A program made the translations under genes and the position numbers. Source: a virus (Duplodnaviria; Caudoviricetes). Taken from it: 64,000 nt of DNA. The stretch is taken from positions 128,001-192,000 of the IMG/VR virus record IMGVR_UViG_3300022555_000003. One strand, written 5' to 3'. The notes beneath the pieces are model-generated. The model had not been told where the DNA came from, did no database searches, and was given only the letters and a program-made list of their open reading frames with translations. This document shows, in pieces, positions 46,918-55,953 of the stretch; position 1 is the stretch's first letter, and each line of letters begins with the position of its first letter.

Positions 46918-47423
46918 TAAATTTTAGAGTCTCCCTTGTACATTTCCCAATGGGTGAAATTTGAGTATGATTTAAGATCACTTAATTGATGTACCCAAAC
47001 TCCAGCGTTCGTTGCTCCCCAAGAGGTATCATCTAATTTAATTGTTGTATTATAATTGAAATTTTTAATATTTGGCAACTTAACACTTAACATAAGTACA
47101 AACTTATCATGTCCAATTATTCCTTGATAAGCAGTGGAAAGTTCAGTTGCATATTTAACATCTGAGTCTAGTGTTACCCAAAAATTATTATCAAGAAGTA
47201 CTTTGATAGTATCAAGCCAGTCTAAAAATGAATTATTTACAGCCATGAAACTTTGATTTGCTCCAAGATAAATATGCTTGCACTTGTGCTTTTTTGCAGC
47301 ATCAATCATCTCTACGCTATCAATTAATCCAGTTACAAATAATGTCTTTTTTCCTAAACAAATTGTCCGCTCAACTTCTTCACCAATAAAAAATTTTGAA
47401 ACTTGCCGTTGATCTTTGTCCAT
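46917..47423 (-). CDS. conserved hypothetical protein of deazaguanine locus
   Basis: FFIGEEVE..TLFV.G..HIYLGANQSF..IKLDD..ATN.GVW; class II promoter at 47429-47457. Confidence 0.7.
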   Translation of the reverse strand: MDKDQRQVSKFFIGEEVERTICLGKKTLFVTGLIDSVEMIDAAKKHKCKHIYLGANQSFMAVNNSFLDWLDTIKVLLDNNFWVTLDSDVKYATELSTAYQGIIGHDKFVLMLSVKLPNIKNFNYNTTIKLDDTSWGATNAGVWVHQLSDLKSYSNFTHWEMYKGDSKI

Positions 47424-47458
47424 AACTAATTATAACAAATATAGTTATTAAAGTCAAA

Positions 47459-48355
47459 TCACTCTGACCAAGTAATATATCCCCTATTGTAATTTGGTTG
47501 GCGATTCTTTCCGTCTTCAAATGCTAATTCCCATTCTGTATTACGATCATAACTTCTTGTCCAAAAAGCATTAACATTCAATCTACCTGATTCAATATAT
47601 TTTACTGCTTTGAGCATACAAGAATGAAATTTGCTAGATCTTGGACTTGGAAAAACAATTGTAGCTGCTTTCCATAATAAATTGCTAAAGTCAGTAGTTA
47701 CTTGCTTTTGAGATCCCATTACAACTAATGCATTGTCATTAAGAATATCTTTAGAAAATACATCGTCTCTTCCACTCAAATCAATAACAATATCGTACTT
47801 TCCTCTAGGATCTGACAATAATTTATTTCCCCAAAGTTGTTTATTTGACGTTCCAACTACATCAATCAATCCTCTAATATTGTCAAGAATAGTAGCATGA
47901 GCAACCCGTGCTAAAAATCCACTTCCAAGAATTAAAATTCTAGTTGTTAATTTATCACGTTTAATAAATTCATGATGGGATTGTAAAATTAAATTTATTC
48001 CACATGCAACTGGTTCAATAATATATTTTGGTTCAGCAGCAGGAACTTTAACAAAATTATCAACATTAACATTATAAAAATCTGCATATGCTGGCTCGCC
48101 TCTTGTAGCAACATAATCGCCAATTTTATACATGGATGGAATATTTACGCCAACTTCTATAATTTGTCCTAGACCTTCATGTCCTTGCATTGTTAATGGA
48201 AGTGTTTTGAATTTTCCAGTCATCATGTCGATATCACTTCTACAGACACCAGTCATGATGGACTTTACTTTTATCTCATCATATTTAATTTCTGGACAAC
48301 TCCAATCGGTTTTCTCAAAAAACTTGCCTGATCCATCAGTGTGCAATAATCTCAT
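47459..48355 (-). CDS. Zn-dependent medium-chain dehydrogenase-like protein
   Basis: GVCRSD, GHEGLG, GDYV, EPVAC, ILGSGFL. Confidence 0.85.
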   Translation of the reverse strand: MRLLHTDGSGKFFEKTDWSCPEIKYDEIKVKSIMTGVCRSDIDMMTGKFKTLPLTMQGHEGLGQIIEVGVNIPSMYKIGDYVATRGEPAYADFYNVNVDNFVKVPAAEPKYIIEPVACGINLILQSHHEFIKRDKLTTRILILGSGFLARVAHATILDNIRGLIDVVGTSNKQLWGNKLLSDPRGKYDIVIDLSGRDDVFSKDILNDNALVVMGSQKQVTTDFSNLLWKAATIVFPSPRSSKFHSCMLKAVKYIESGRLNVNAFWTRSYDRNTEWELAFEDGKNRQPNYNRGYITWSE

Positions 48356-49260
48356 TAGTTATCCCCTAACTGTATTTGGTCATGAATCCAAAGATCTTCA
48401 ATCAGATTATAATTCCAATATCTTTCTATATCTTTCAAACAATAGGTATGATTCACCATAGTTAAGTAGGCAGATTCTGGACACAAGCCAAACTCATACT
48501 TTATGACTTCGCCATTATCAAAAGTGAATACAATATTTAATTCAGATGGCTTTAATGTTCTCCAATTTGCAGTAAGTTTTATACTTTTATTAGCCCATGT
48601 ATAATGTAATACAGCTTCATCATCTACATCATACACTCCATCCTTTTTAACTGTACCATAATTTGTATTTGTAACATCAGATAATTGCCAATTTTGTTTA
48701 GTTCGTTTATATGATAAATCAGCATTACCAAAATGTGTCTTAGTTAAATTAGTAAACCAACTCAGTAAGTGAGGCATTAAATCTCTACTAACTCCACCCC
48801 ACGCCAACGAATTAGTTGTAAACCAAGATCCTGGGTTTGGAACTCTATCTGTATTACACCAATTAAATTCTACCCTGATTGCATTTGTAAATAAATGTTT
48901 GAGTAAATTTTTATCATTAATTACAATGTCTCGAAATTGATTATTCTTTACCATTGACCATCTAGTATTTGGAAAGTTAGTCACTAGTGAAGACCATTCT
49001 GTAGATGTTTTGAGACCAGGTTTTTCAATAAAAACAACATCAGGTTCATATTTTGCTACAGTTTTAGCAATATCACCATGAGTGTAATTTGGTGTACAAA
49101 TGTTTACAGTATCAAAATGATTAGATTCTAAAGCTTTTTCTAGATCATCAAAATCAGCTTTAACACATGGATCCACAGTTACAACAGTGTGTCCATATTC
49201 TGATAATACTTTTTTGTATAATTGACCAAATCCCATTCCAATAACTAAACAATTTAACAT
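48355..49260 (-). CDS. Gfo/Idh/MocA-family oxidoreductase
   Basis: IGMGFG, ICTPN..H, FIEKPG, GGVSRDLMPH. Confidence 0.85.
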   Translation of the reverse strand: MLNCLVIGMGFGQLYKKVLSEYGHTVVTVDPCVKADFDDLEKALESNHFDTVNICTPNYTHGDIAKTVAKYEPDVVFIEKPGLKTSTEWSSLVTNFPNTRWSMVKNNQFRDIVINDKNLLKHLFTNAIRVEFNWCNTDRVPNPGSWFTTNSLAWGGVSRDLMPHLLSWFTNLTKTHFGNADLSYKRTKQNWQLSDVTNTNYGTVKKDGVYDVDDEAVLHYTWANKSIKLTANWRTLKPSELNIVFTFDNGEVIKYEFGLCPESAYLTMVNHTYCLKDIERYWNYNLIEDLWIHDQIQLGDN

Positions 49261-49296
49261 AGCGGTTGTTCCTTATCCATATTTAATTATAACACA

Positions 49297-50748
49297 TTAT
49301 TTGAAAAATTTGTTGAATTGTGTAGTCGCGTTAAATGTTTTTTTTCCTATGTGACCAGACGGACCCATAATCTGTAAATAAAATTTGTCGTACTTATCGA
49401 TTATTGCTAACGCTGAAGTAAGCGATTTTGCTTCAAATGCTTTATTTACAATATCTCTCCATTTAATAATTTGATGTGATTCTTCCACTAACATCTTTGG
49501 AATAAACCCTTGATCATACATTTCGTTGGCTCGTTGCACTGCCGAAATATGAAGATAAACATTATGAGACATTAACAATGTGTATGCAAATGAATCCCAA
49601 CTTGTTTTACCTTCCTTACCATTCTTATTTAGGTCGCCTTTTGCATAGTAACAAATATCACTTATTTTTAATTTTGAACTAATGGGTGTTTCTTCAAAAT
49701 GCTTATAGATTTTATCTTGTAATACAGCATCTCTAAAACTTCTATTGTCAGTTGAATATTTTTTGTCGTCTGCGCTTGGTCCCATTTTATACGACCACTT
49801 GCCTCTATCTTTGAGACTAATTTCATAATATACTTGTCCATTAGCAGTAGCAAGAAATGGACTTGCACAATCATAACTTATAGTCAAATTTGGATTATGA
49901 TTTCTTCTAATTGCCCGTTGTAAGTCTGTAAACATTACAGAAAATTCAAGTTTAGAAGTACCAAGGAAATGAATCCAATCATGTATTCCTGGTTCAAGCA
50001 ATCCTTCCCATTTTAAATACATTAGTCTACGCAAAATTAGATGTGGATCAGCTCTATTCTGACCACCAAATGCATACCCATTAAAATGACCTGGATACTT
50101 AGATGGATTACAATAATCTTTTACTTCATCATACCAACTATCTGCTTCTGTATGATTTTCACCTTGTAAAACATTTAAAAATTTACAGTTACCATTTCTA
50201 TTATTTATGAAATAGTCGTTGTTAATTTTAGTTGCCGCTAATGCTCCAGCATAAGAAGTGATGCCGGTATTTTTCTTTCCTTCTTCGTTACGACATACCC
50301 ACGCTGGAATATCTAACGTAATAGAGTAATCAGCATTAGTATCCATCCAAGACAATACTTGGCTACGTTTCTTTTGCGCGATAGGACAATTAGGATTTGA
50401 CCAATCTGCTGGCCACTTACCACCTGCAATTTGGAATCCGCCTGAATCTGTTAAAATAAATGAATTCTGCCTGTCGCGGCGAGTAATCATTCTTTCTTTT
50501 GGATCATTTGCTGTAATATCGATATTAGCATGACCCGCTGAATATAATGACCACTTATATTGAAAATATCCTAATGCTGCATTTAGATAGTTCATACCTT
50601 CTACACCATTAAAAAATCCATTAGGAATTCTCGACTTTTCCACATACTCTTCAACTTGTTGTTTGCCAACGTAAGTTGAAAAGAATGTGGAAAGAGCTGG
50701 TGTAAAGATAGCAAAATCTTTTTGACTAGCTGTTAAGTTTGTGTTCAT
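49297..50748 (-). CDS. tRNA-guanine transglycosylase-like / DpdA-like base-exchange enzyme
   Basis: LTDSGGFQ, LDIP, NVLQG, HFLG, SYDCASP. Confidence 0.8.
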   Translation of the reverse strand: MNTNLTASQKDFAIFTPALSTFFSTYVGKQQVEEYVEKSRIPNGFFNGVEGMNYLNAALGYFQYKWSLYSAGHANIDITANDPKERMITRRDRQNSFILTDSGGFQIAGGKWPADWSNPNCPIAQKKRSQVLSWMDTNADYSITLDIPAWVCRNEEGKKNTGITSYAGALAATKINNDYFINNRNGNCKFLNVLQGENHTEADSWYDEVKDYCNPSKYPGHFNGYAFGGQNRADPHLILRRLMYLKWEGLLEPGIHDWIHFLGTSKLEFSVMFTDLQRAIRRNHNPNLTISYDCASPFLATANGQVYYEISLKDRGKWSYKMGPSADDKKYSTDNRSFRDAVLQDKIYKHFEETPISSKLKISDICYYAKGDLNKNGKEGKTSWDSFAYTLLMSHNVYLHISAVQRANEMYDQGFIPKMLVEESHQIIKWRDIVNKAFEAKSLTSALAIIDKYDKFYLQIMGPSGHIGKKTFNATTQFNKFFK

Positions 50749-51464
50749 TATTTGCTCAATGCCGGAATACGATAAATGTATGCTGCTTGGCCGCTATCAA
50801 CTTCAATTTCCATCATACCATCATTACTTAGACGTACAGTCTTGTCACCACTCAATGATAAAATAGATGAAATACGTTGAACTGGATAAGACCAAGCCGT
50901 GCGAAGTTTATCACTAGCAGGTTCATGAAAAATATATCGTCCAGTATGTGAACTTGGATCGCCAAATGTAACAACTAACTTACCCTTTTCAGTAACAAAC
51001 TGACAATTGTCAACGTCACTATTGGCACTGCTTTGGTACTTAAATCTCGTTGTAGAACTAGCTGAAGGTTCGAATTCTACTTCAAACTTTGCTCCAACAA
51101 ATTCAAGATCTGGAATTAATTGATTAGCAGTATCAGGCGACATCAAGCGATATGAATTATTATAATCACCAGATTCATTATTGAAAGAAATACTTTCAGC
51201 TTGATTCTTGCTGTTGTTAACTACTTTAATATTTGCATTTTCTTGATACTCAGGGCAGTTTAAAATTGTATTTAAACTATCAAGATTTGGAAATCCAATA
51301 GTTCCAGGAAGATCTGTAAGTTCAGTATGATACGTTCCTGATAAAACTACAGTCTTGTCATCTGAAATACCACTTACCTTGGTAACTCCATCTGTTGTTG
51401 AAATCTTGGTTCTCTTCATAAAACCAGATGTAAATTGAATAATCTCTTTTAGAGTGTTTTTCAT
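50748..51464 (-). CDS. sliding clamp-like protein (gp45-like)
   Basis: 238 aa beta-rich protein immediately downstream of polB; motif similarity weak. Confidence 0.5.
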   Translation of the reverse strand: MKNTLKEIIQFTSGFMKRTKISTTDGVTKVSGISDDKTVVLSGTYHTELTDLPGTIGFPNLDSLNTILNCPEYQENANIKVVNNSKNQAESISFNNESGDYNNSYRLMSPDTANQLIPDLEFVGAKFEVEFEPSASSTTRFKYQSSANSDVDNCQFVTEKGKLVVTFGDPSSHTGRYIFHEPASDKLRTAWSYPVQRISSILSLSGDKTVRLSNDGMMEIEVDSGQAAYIYRIPALSK

Positions 51465-51472
51465 TGTTGCTC

Positions 51473-52684
51473 CTATTTAAAAAATTTTGAAAAATTACTT
51501 TTTGTCTGTCTACTTGTTTCTATATTTAGATTTAAAATACCAACTAAATTTTCAATCTTGTTATCAATTGCAGATGAAGACATTGCATCATCATCAAATG
51601 GCAATTCCTTAAACCATTGTGGAAGTCTGTGTTCGTCTATTGGATATGCAACACTTGTATAACCCATTGGATTATTTCTAAGTTTACATACAATAACTTT
51701 CATACCATCAAATATTTCTAATGCCATATTATCGTGATTGAGTTGCCGTAATACATTCCAATTCAATGAAGCCCTAACATGACCAGGTAAATTAGATTTC
51801 TTCTTTGCCTCAAGCTCTCTAAACTTTGTTAAATTATTAACACGTTTTGGCATACCTTTTTCCCAAGCTGGCAAATTTTGAAATACTTCTTTGAAGTTTA
51901 AAATCTTTTCTCGAACTAATGAAAAATCTACTTCAGTTAAGATATCCATTAAAATATCACGTAAGAAGTCTTGAACAATCTTTGGTGTATCTGCTCGCTT
52001 GAGATCTAATCCCATAGCTTTCATTTTACCAGGCGACCCATCTATATCAAGACGTTTGCCATCTTTATAATACATCAAAATAGCATAACGTTTCTTAGTG
52101 ATAAATAATCCAGTTTTGCCAACTAACTCAAGCCCACATCGAATTATTTTACCATTTTGTTCTGGAGAATGAAATGCATCAAAGCAAGCTTCTGGAAAAG
52201 TTTCATTAACCTGATTAGCTAATTCTTCGTATAACTTAATACAAGTCTCTTTATCCCATTCCATTTTATCATTTTCAACATCATCTTTTATTAATGGCCA
52301 AATTGAAAAAATATCTGAATCTGTATCTCCGTATATTACACCATCTCCAACATAGTCAAACTTTCCCGTCAAACAATTATTAATATAAGAAGCCATATGT
52401 CTAACAATAACACGTCCAGACAATGTCGTACTTTGTCCAACACGCTTATCATAAAATCGACAGCCAGGATTTAAAAAAGAACCATAAGCTGAATTTAAAC
52501 TATTCTTAGATACTAATTGTTTCTGATCATAACTAAAAATAGTTTGTTTAACTTCGTCTAGATTCTTATGAAAAATTTTGCCATCACGAATTTCAAGATC
52601 ATTTTCTAAAATAAACAACTTTAACTCTTCAACATTACCAGAGTCTATCAAATTTTGTAATTTCTGAAAGTCAATATTAATCAT
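51473..52684 (-). CDS. family B DNA polymerase, C-terminal part
   Basis: KNSLNSAYG, YGDTDS, KKRYA, KAMGLD. Confidence 0.93.
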   Translation of the reverse strand: MINIDFQKLQNLIDSGNVEELKLFILENDLEIRDGKIFHKNLDEVKQTIFSYDQKQLVSKNSLNSAYGSFLNPGCRFYDKRVGQSTTLSGRVIVRHMASYINNCLTGKFDYVGDGVIYGDTDSDIFSIWPLIKDDVENDKMEWDKETCIKLYEELANQVNETFPEACFDAFHSPEQNGKIIRCGLELVGKTGLFITKKRYAILMYYKDGKRLDIDGSPGKMKAMGLDLKRADTPKIVQDFLRDILMDILTEVDFSLVREKILNFKEVFQNLPAWEKGMPKRVNNLTKFRELEAKKKSNLPGHVRASLNWNVLRQLNHDNMALEIFDGMKVIVCKLRNNPMGYTSVAYPIDEHRLPQWFKELPFDDDAMSSSAIDNKIENLVGILNLNIETSRQTKSNFSKFFK

Positions 52685-52698
52685 TAAGTCTTATTACT

Positions 52699-52727
52699 AT
52701 TATAGCAGGTCATACTAATTTATTCAA
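52699..52727 (-). promoter_or_regulatory. promoter between the two polB genes
   Basis: TTGAAT-17-TATAAT with TG extension spanning the upstream stop codon. Confidence 0.65.
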
Positions 52728-54362
52728 CAGTTCCTTAGGAATTTTAATTCCATATTGTAAGTCGGAATATTGTCCCTTATATTTTTGATGTTCTTTTCTA
52801 CTTGTATACCATTTTCTAAATAACCCAGGAATAATTCCTTCTGCTGCTGTTGAAAAAATTGTTCCATTAGCACTTAACGTCCATGGTTTATTATTTGTCC
52901 ATATTAAGTTATACAGTTGGGCAGGTGACATTTCATCACTTTTACCAGTTTCCCAATCTACAATAATAACAGAACCAATATCTTGCTTCATCACTAATTG
53001 ATATTCTAGTGATCCAAACTGACCTTCCCAAGCATTGGCAAAAGTTAAACCTTCCTTCATTTTTTGTTTTATAAATGCATCTGTCATAACTGGTCTAATC
53101 TGTCCAATAATAGTTTCAGGACTCATATTTAACATTCTAAATGAGCTAGGATACAGACTATTAATATCAGTTACTCCTACATATTTATGAAACCCTTTCT
53201 TTGGATATGCAACATATGCACCTGCAACGCCATCGTGTTTTTCTACGCCATCTTCGTCTTCATCTTCAAGATCTTTGGGTTCATGTTTTCTGTTTGGAAC
53301 AACTAATTGTTTATCGTGACATTCATTAATTGCAGCTTGTTCTGTTTGTAAAACTGTTCCTTTAACTGTAGGAAGTAATACTGTATTAGTATGAGCAAGA
53401 TTGTTTGCTAATCCAATATAATGTAATTTTCTATCTAATAGGTCAAGAAGATTAACATCTTGTCTGTTATATTCAATAAACTTTTTGAAATCATTATTAT
53501 ATAACTGAGCCAATGTTCCATCATATTCAGTCTTAGATCCTAATTTTTCAAACTCTGCAATCGCATTTAAACTATAACTATGATGTTCACCAGGAGTAAA
53601 CTTTTTGTACAGTGCCATATAATCTAAATGAATTCGTCCTATTAGATCATATGATTCTTTTTCAACACCATATCTAGTATAAGAAAACTTCTTTGGATAC
53701 TGATTCCATAAACACAATCTACTTGTATCATTTTTTGATAATATCTTGCATATCCTATTCACTATATAGGGAATATCGTATCCCTCGCTGTTCCACCCGC
53801 TTAGAATATCACAATCATCTATCAAAGTTAAAAAAGTATTTAACAGATCAACTTCAGTCTCAAAAACAAAAGTATTACTAAACTGATTAGCGATTTCTTG
53901 ACCTTGCTCAAATGTTAAAGTTTTTGGAGGTAAAGCTAGAGTAACAAGTTCATCTAACCAATTCAAATAAACTGTAACCGCAGTTATTGGCATAAAAGCA
54001 TCTTCAGGACTGCTAAATCCACCTTTTGGGTCTGAGTCGACTTCTATATCAAAAAATCCAATATTCAACTTAGGAGAAGGTAAGTGCCTATAATTCTCGT
54101 ATAGGCACTGGAATGTCCAATTTAGATCACTTTCCCAAATAACTTTATTGCTGTGGATCCTAAGTTCTTTTTGAAACTCTTTAAAATTGTTGGTTTTAAA
54201 TTTACTTACAGAAGTATTATATATTGTTCTATACTTACCTTTATTATCAGTAAAATAAAATTCGTAATTAGCCAAATAATCTTTATAGATCCGCTGGCCA
54301 TTTACCCTCTCAACAACATATACTTTATTATCCTGCTTTGAAAATAATGCGTCCACATACAT
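52710..54362 (-). CDS. family B DNA polymerase, N-terminal part (exonuclease + motif A)
   Basis: FDIEV, GWNSEGYDIPY, YN..DV, GAYV, DINSLYPS. Confidence 0.93.
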   Translation of the reverse strand: MYVDALFSKQDNKVYVVERVNGQRIYKDYLANYEFYFTDNKGKYRTIYNTSVSKFKTNNFKEFQKELRIHSNKVIWESDLNWTFQCLYENYRHLPSPKLNIGFFDIEVDSDPKGGFSSPEDAFMPITAVTVYLNWLDELVTLALPPKTLTFEQGQEIANQFSNTFVFETEVDLLNTFLTLIDDCDILSGWNSEGYDIPYIVNRICKILSKNDTSRLCLWNQYPKKFSYTRYGVEKESYDLIGRIHLDYMALYKKFTPGEHHSYSLNAIAEFEKLGSKTEYDGTLAQLYNNDFKKFIEYNRQDVNLLDLLDRKLHYIGLANNLAHTNTVLLPTVKGTVLQTEQAAINECHDKQLVVPNRKHEPKDLEDEDEDGVEKHDGVAGAYVAYPKKGFHKYVGVTDINSLYPSSFRMLNMSPETIIGQIRPVMTDAFIKQKMKEGLTFANAWEGQFGSLEYQLVMKQDIGSVIIVDWETGKSDEMSPAQLYNLIWTNNKPWTLSANGTIFSTAAEGIIPGLFRKWYTSRKEHQKYKGQYSDLQYGIKIPKELLNKLV

Positions 54363-54394
54363 AGTTAATTTTACATCTCCTTTAGATGTGGGAA

Positions 54395-54670
54395 TTACTT
54401 CATTTTTACTGTGTCAAGAATGTTTGAAATTTGAGTATTATCCATTTCATTAACATCCCATGAATTCTTATATGCCATTTTTAATGCACGTTTCAAAACT
54501 GAAGGCTTAATTTCCCATTCTTTAGCTAGGTTATTAAGTGTATCTGCTAAACCCTCATTAAGTGTTTCAACTTCGTGCATCACACTTAATCCTTCCTTAA
54601 AAACTTGTTCTAATTTTACTTTTTCTTCACCATTAAAAATCTTTAACGTCTGAGTACTTGTATTTTCCAT
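54395..54670 (-). CDS. T4 DsbA/GapR-like dsDNA-binding protein
   Basis: EG...EVETLNE.L.D....LAKEWEIKP..LK.A.KMAYK. Confidence 0.65.
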   Translation of the reverse strand: MENTSTQTLKIFNGEEKVKLEQVFKEGLSVMHEVETLNEGLADTLNNLAKEWEIKPSVLKRALKMAYKNSWDVNEMDNTQISNILDTVKMK

Positions 54671-54838
54671 ATTTACATTGTCCTTAGTATTAAGTTTAAC
54701 ATAACGTTCGGTACATGTCAACTGTCGTATTTAGTGGTGTTAAATTTGTACAAAATTTCTGTCACTAATATTTGTAGATGATAAATATTTGTGAAGTAGA
54801 AAATACTTCAATCAAACTAGTTTATGGAGAAGTAAAAT

Positions 54839-55126
54839 ATGAATATGGCACAATTTAGCACAGAAGAACAAGCTAAGGCAATGTTAGCTCTAATCGGTCC
54901 TATGGGCGGTGGTGGATCTTACTATGTACCTGAGTATGCTGGTCCGTTCAGTGTTGACTTAGGTCCGGATAGTGCAGTAAAGTTTTGGCATCTACGCCTT
55001 TTCAATGGCTTTGAATGCAACGTAGGCTTAAATCAAGCTAACGTAGACAAGTACGGCGTAGAACAAGCCAAGGCTCAGTCAAAGGCTGAAATGCAGGCTG
55101 CTGGACGTTGGACAATTAACGCTTAA
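54839..55126 (+). CDS. small unknown protein, isolated on the plus strand
   Basis: GATAAATA upstream, GGAG SD, hairpin downstream. Confidence 0.7.
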   Translation: MNMAQFSTEEQAKAMLALIGPMGGGGSYYVPEYAGPFSVDLGPDSAVKFWHLRLFNGFECNVGLNQANVDKYGVEQAKAQSKAEMQAAGRWTINA

Positions 55127-55155
55127 CTAAAAGGGTAGGTGATCTTTAATTCTTG

Positions 55156-55188
55156 GAAATTGGAGCGTATAAATTACGCTCCATTTTC
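55156..55188. terminator. terminator between convergent genes
   Basis: TGGAGCGTA-TAAAT-TACGCTCCA with A/T flanks. Confidence 0.7.
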
Positions 55189-55953
55189 ATGAGTGAGGAA
55201 ATATTTAAATATTTCTTGTTGATCTTTTCTTATTTTCAATAAATCGTCTGGTAAAGTAAACCACTTAGTATTACCAGTTTCAAAGTCTGTATTAGAAAAG
55301 TTATTAGGATCAAATATTTCACAAGCAAATACATGCAAATCGTATTGTTTATACTTAAAAATATTTATTGGCTCAACTTGTTTGACATTTGAAAGAACTA
55401 ATCCAACTTCTTCTTGTGCTTCTTTCAATGCATTATTTATTGGGCTGTAACTTGGTTCAATTCCACCTTTTGCTAATTGAAATTTTGTTCCACCAAATGA
55501 AGGATCAGACGGTTTCATTAGTAATACTTTTAATTTACCATTATCATAGTAATATGGAATCATCCCCGACTTATCTCTTTGTTTAGTTGAAATATCATGT
55601 AAAAACTTTATAGCTTGTAGCTTATTAGGAAATTCATGAAATAAATTAGTCTTTTCGTCTGTCAGATTGAAAGCATACCCACCACTAAGTGGATGCGAAG
55701 CAATATGTTTAATAATATTAAGAATATTTTTAGTAGTAGATTTAAATTCGTATTCAATTCTGGTTCCTGGAGTAAAGTTAACTCCACCCAAATAAGTAGC
55801 AAATCGTACCGCACCATTGTTCATTTCTAGATCAATATCTGGAACTAGATCTCTGTGTGCTGCTGGATAGTATCCTGAAAATCTTTCAATTAGTTTGCCG
55901 CTGGCTGTTATTAATCCAAAATATGTTTGATGTTCAACTTCATTTAATCTCAT
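55174..55953 (-). CDS. NUDIX hydrolase with MxLxE leader
   Basis: KGGIE...ALKEAQEEVGL. Confidence 0.85.
   Translation of the reverse strand: MRLNEVEHQTYFGLITASGKLIERFSGYYPAAHRDLVPDIDLEMNNGAVRFATYLGGVNFTPGTRIEYEFKSTTKNILNIIKHIASHPLSGGYAFNLTDEKTNLFHEFPNKLQAIKFLHDISTKQRDKSGMIPYYYDNGKLKVLLMKPSDPSFGGTKFQLAKGGIEPSYSPINNALKEAQEEVGLVLSNVKQVEPINIFKYKQYDLHVFACEIFDPNNFSNTDFETGNTKWFTLPDDLLKIRKDQQEIFKYFLTHENGA

Noticed and set aside
52600-52800. Split intein or stop readthrough at the polB break
   Set aside because: No Cys/Ser-start or His-Asn-end intein motifs; halves are in different frames with a further in-frame stop.
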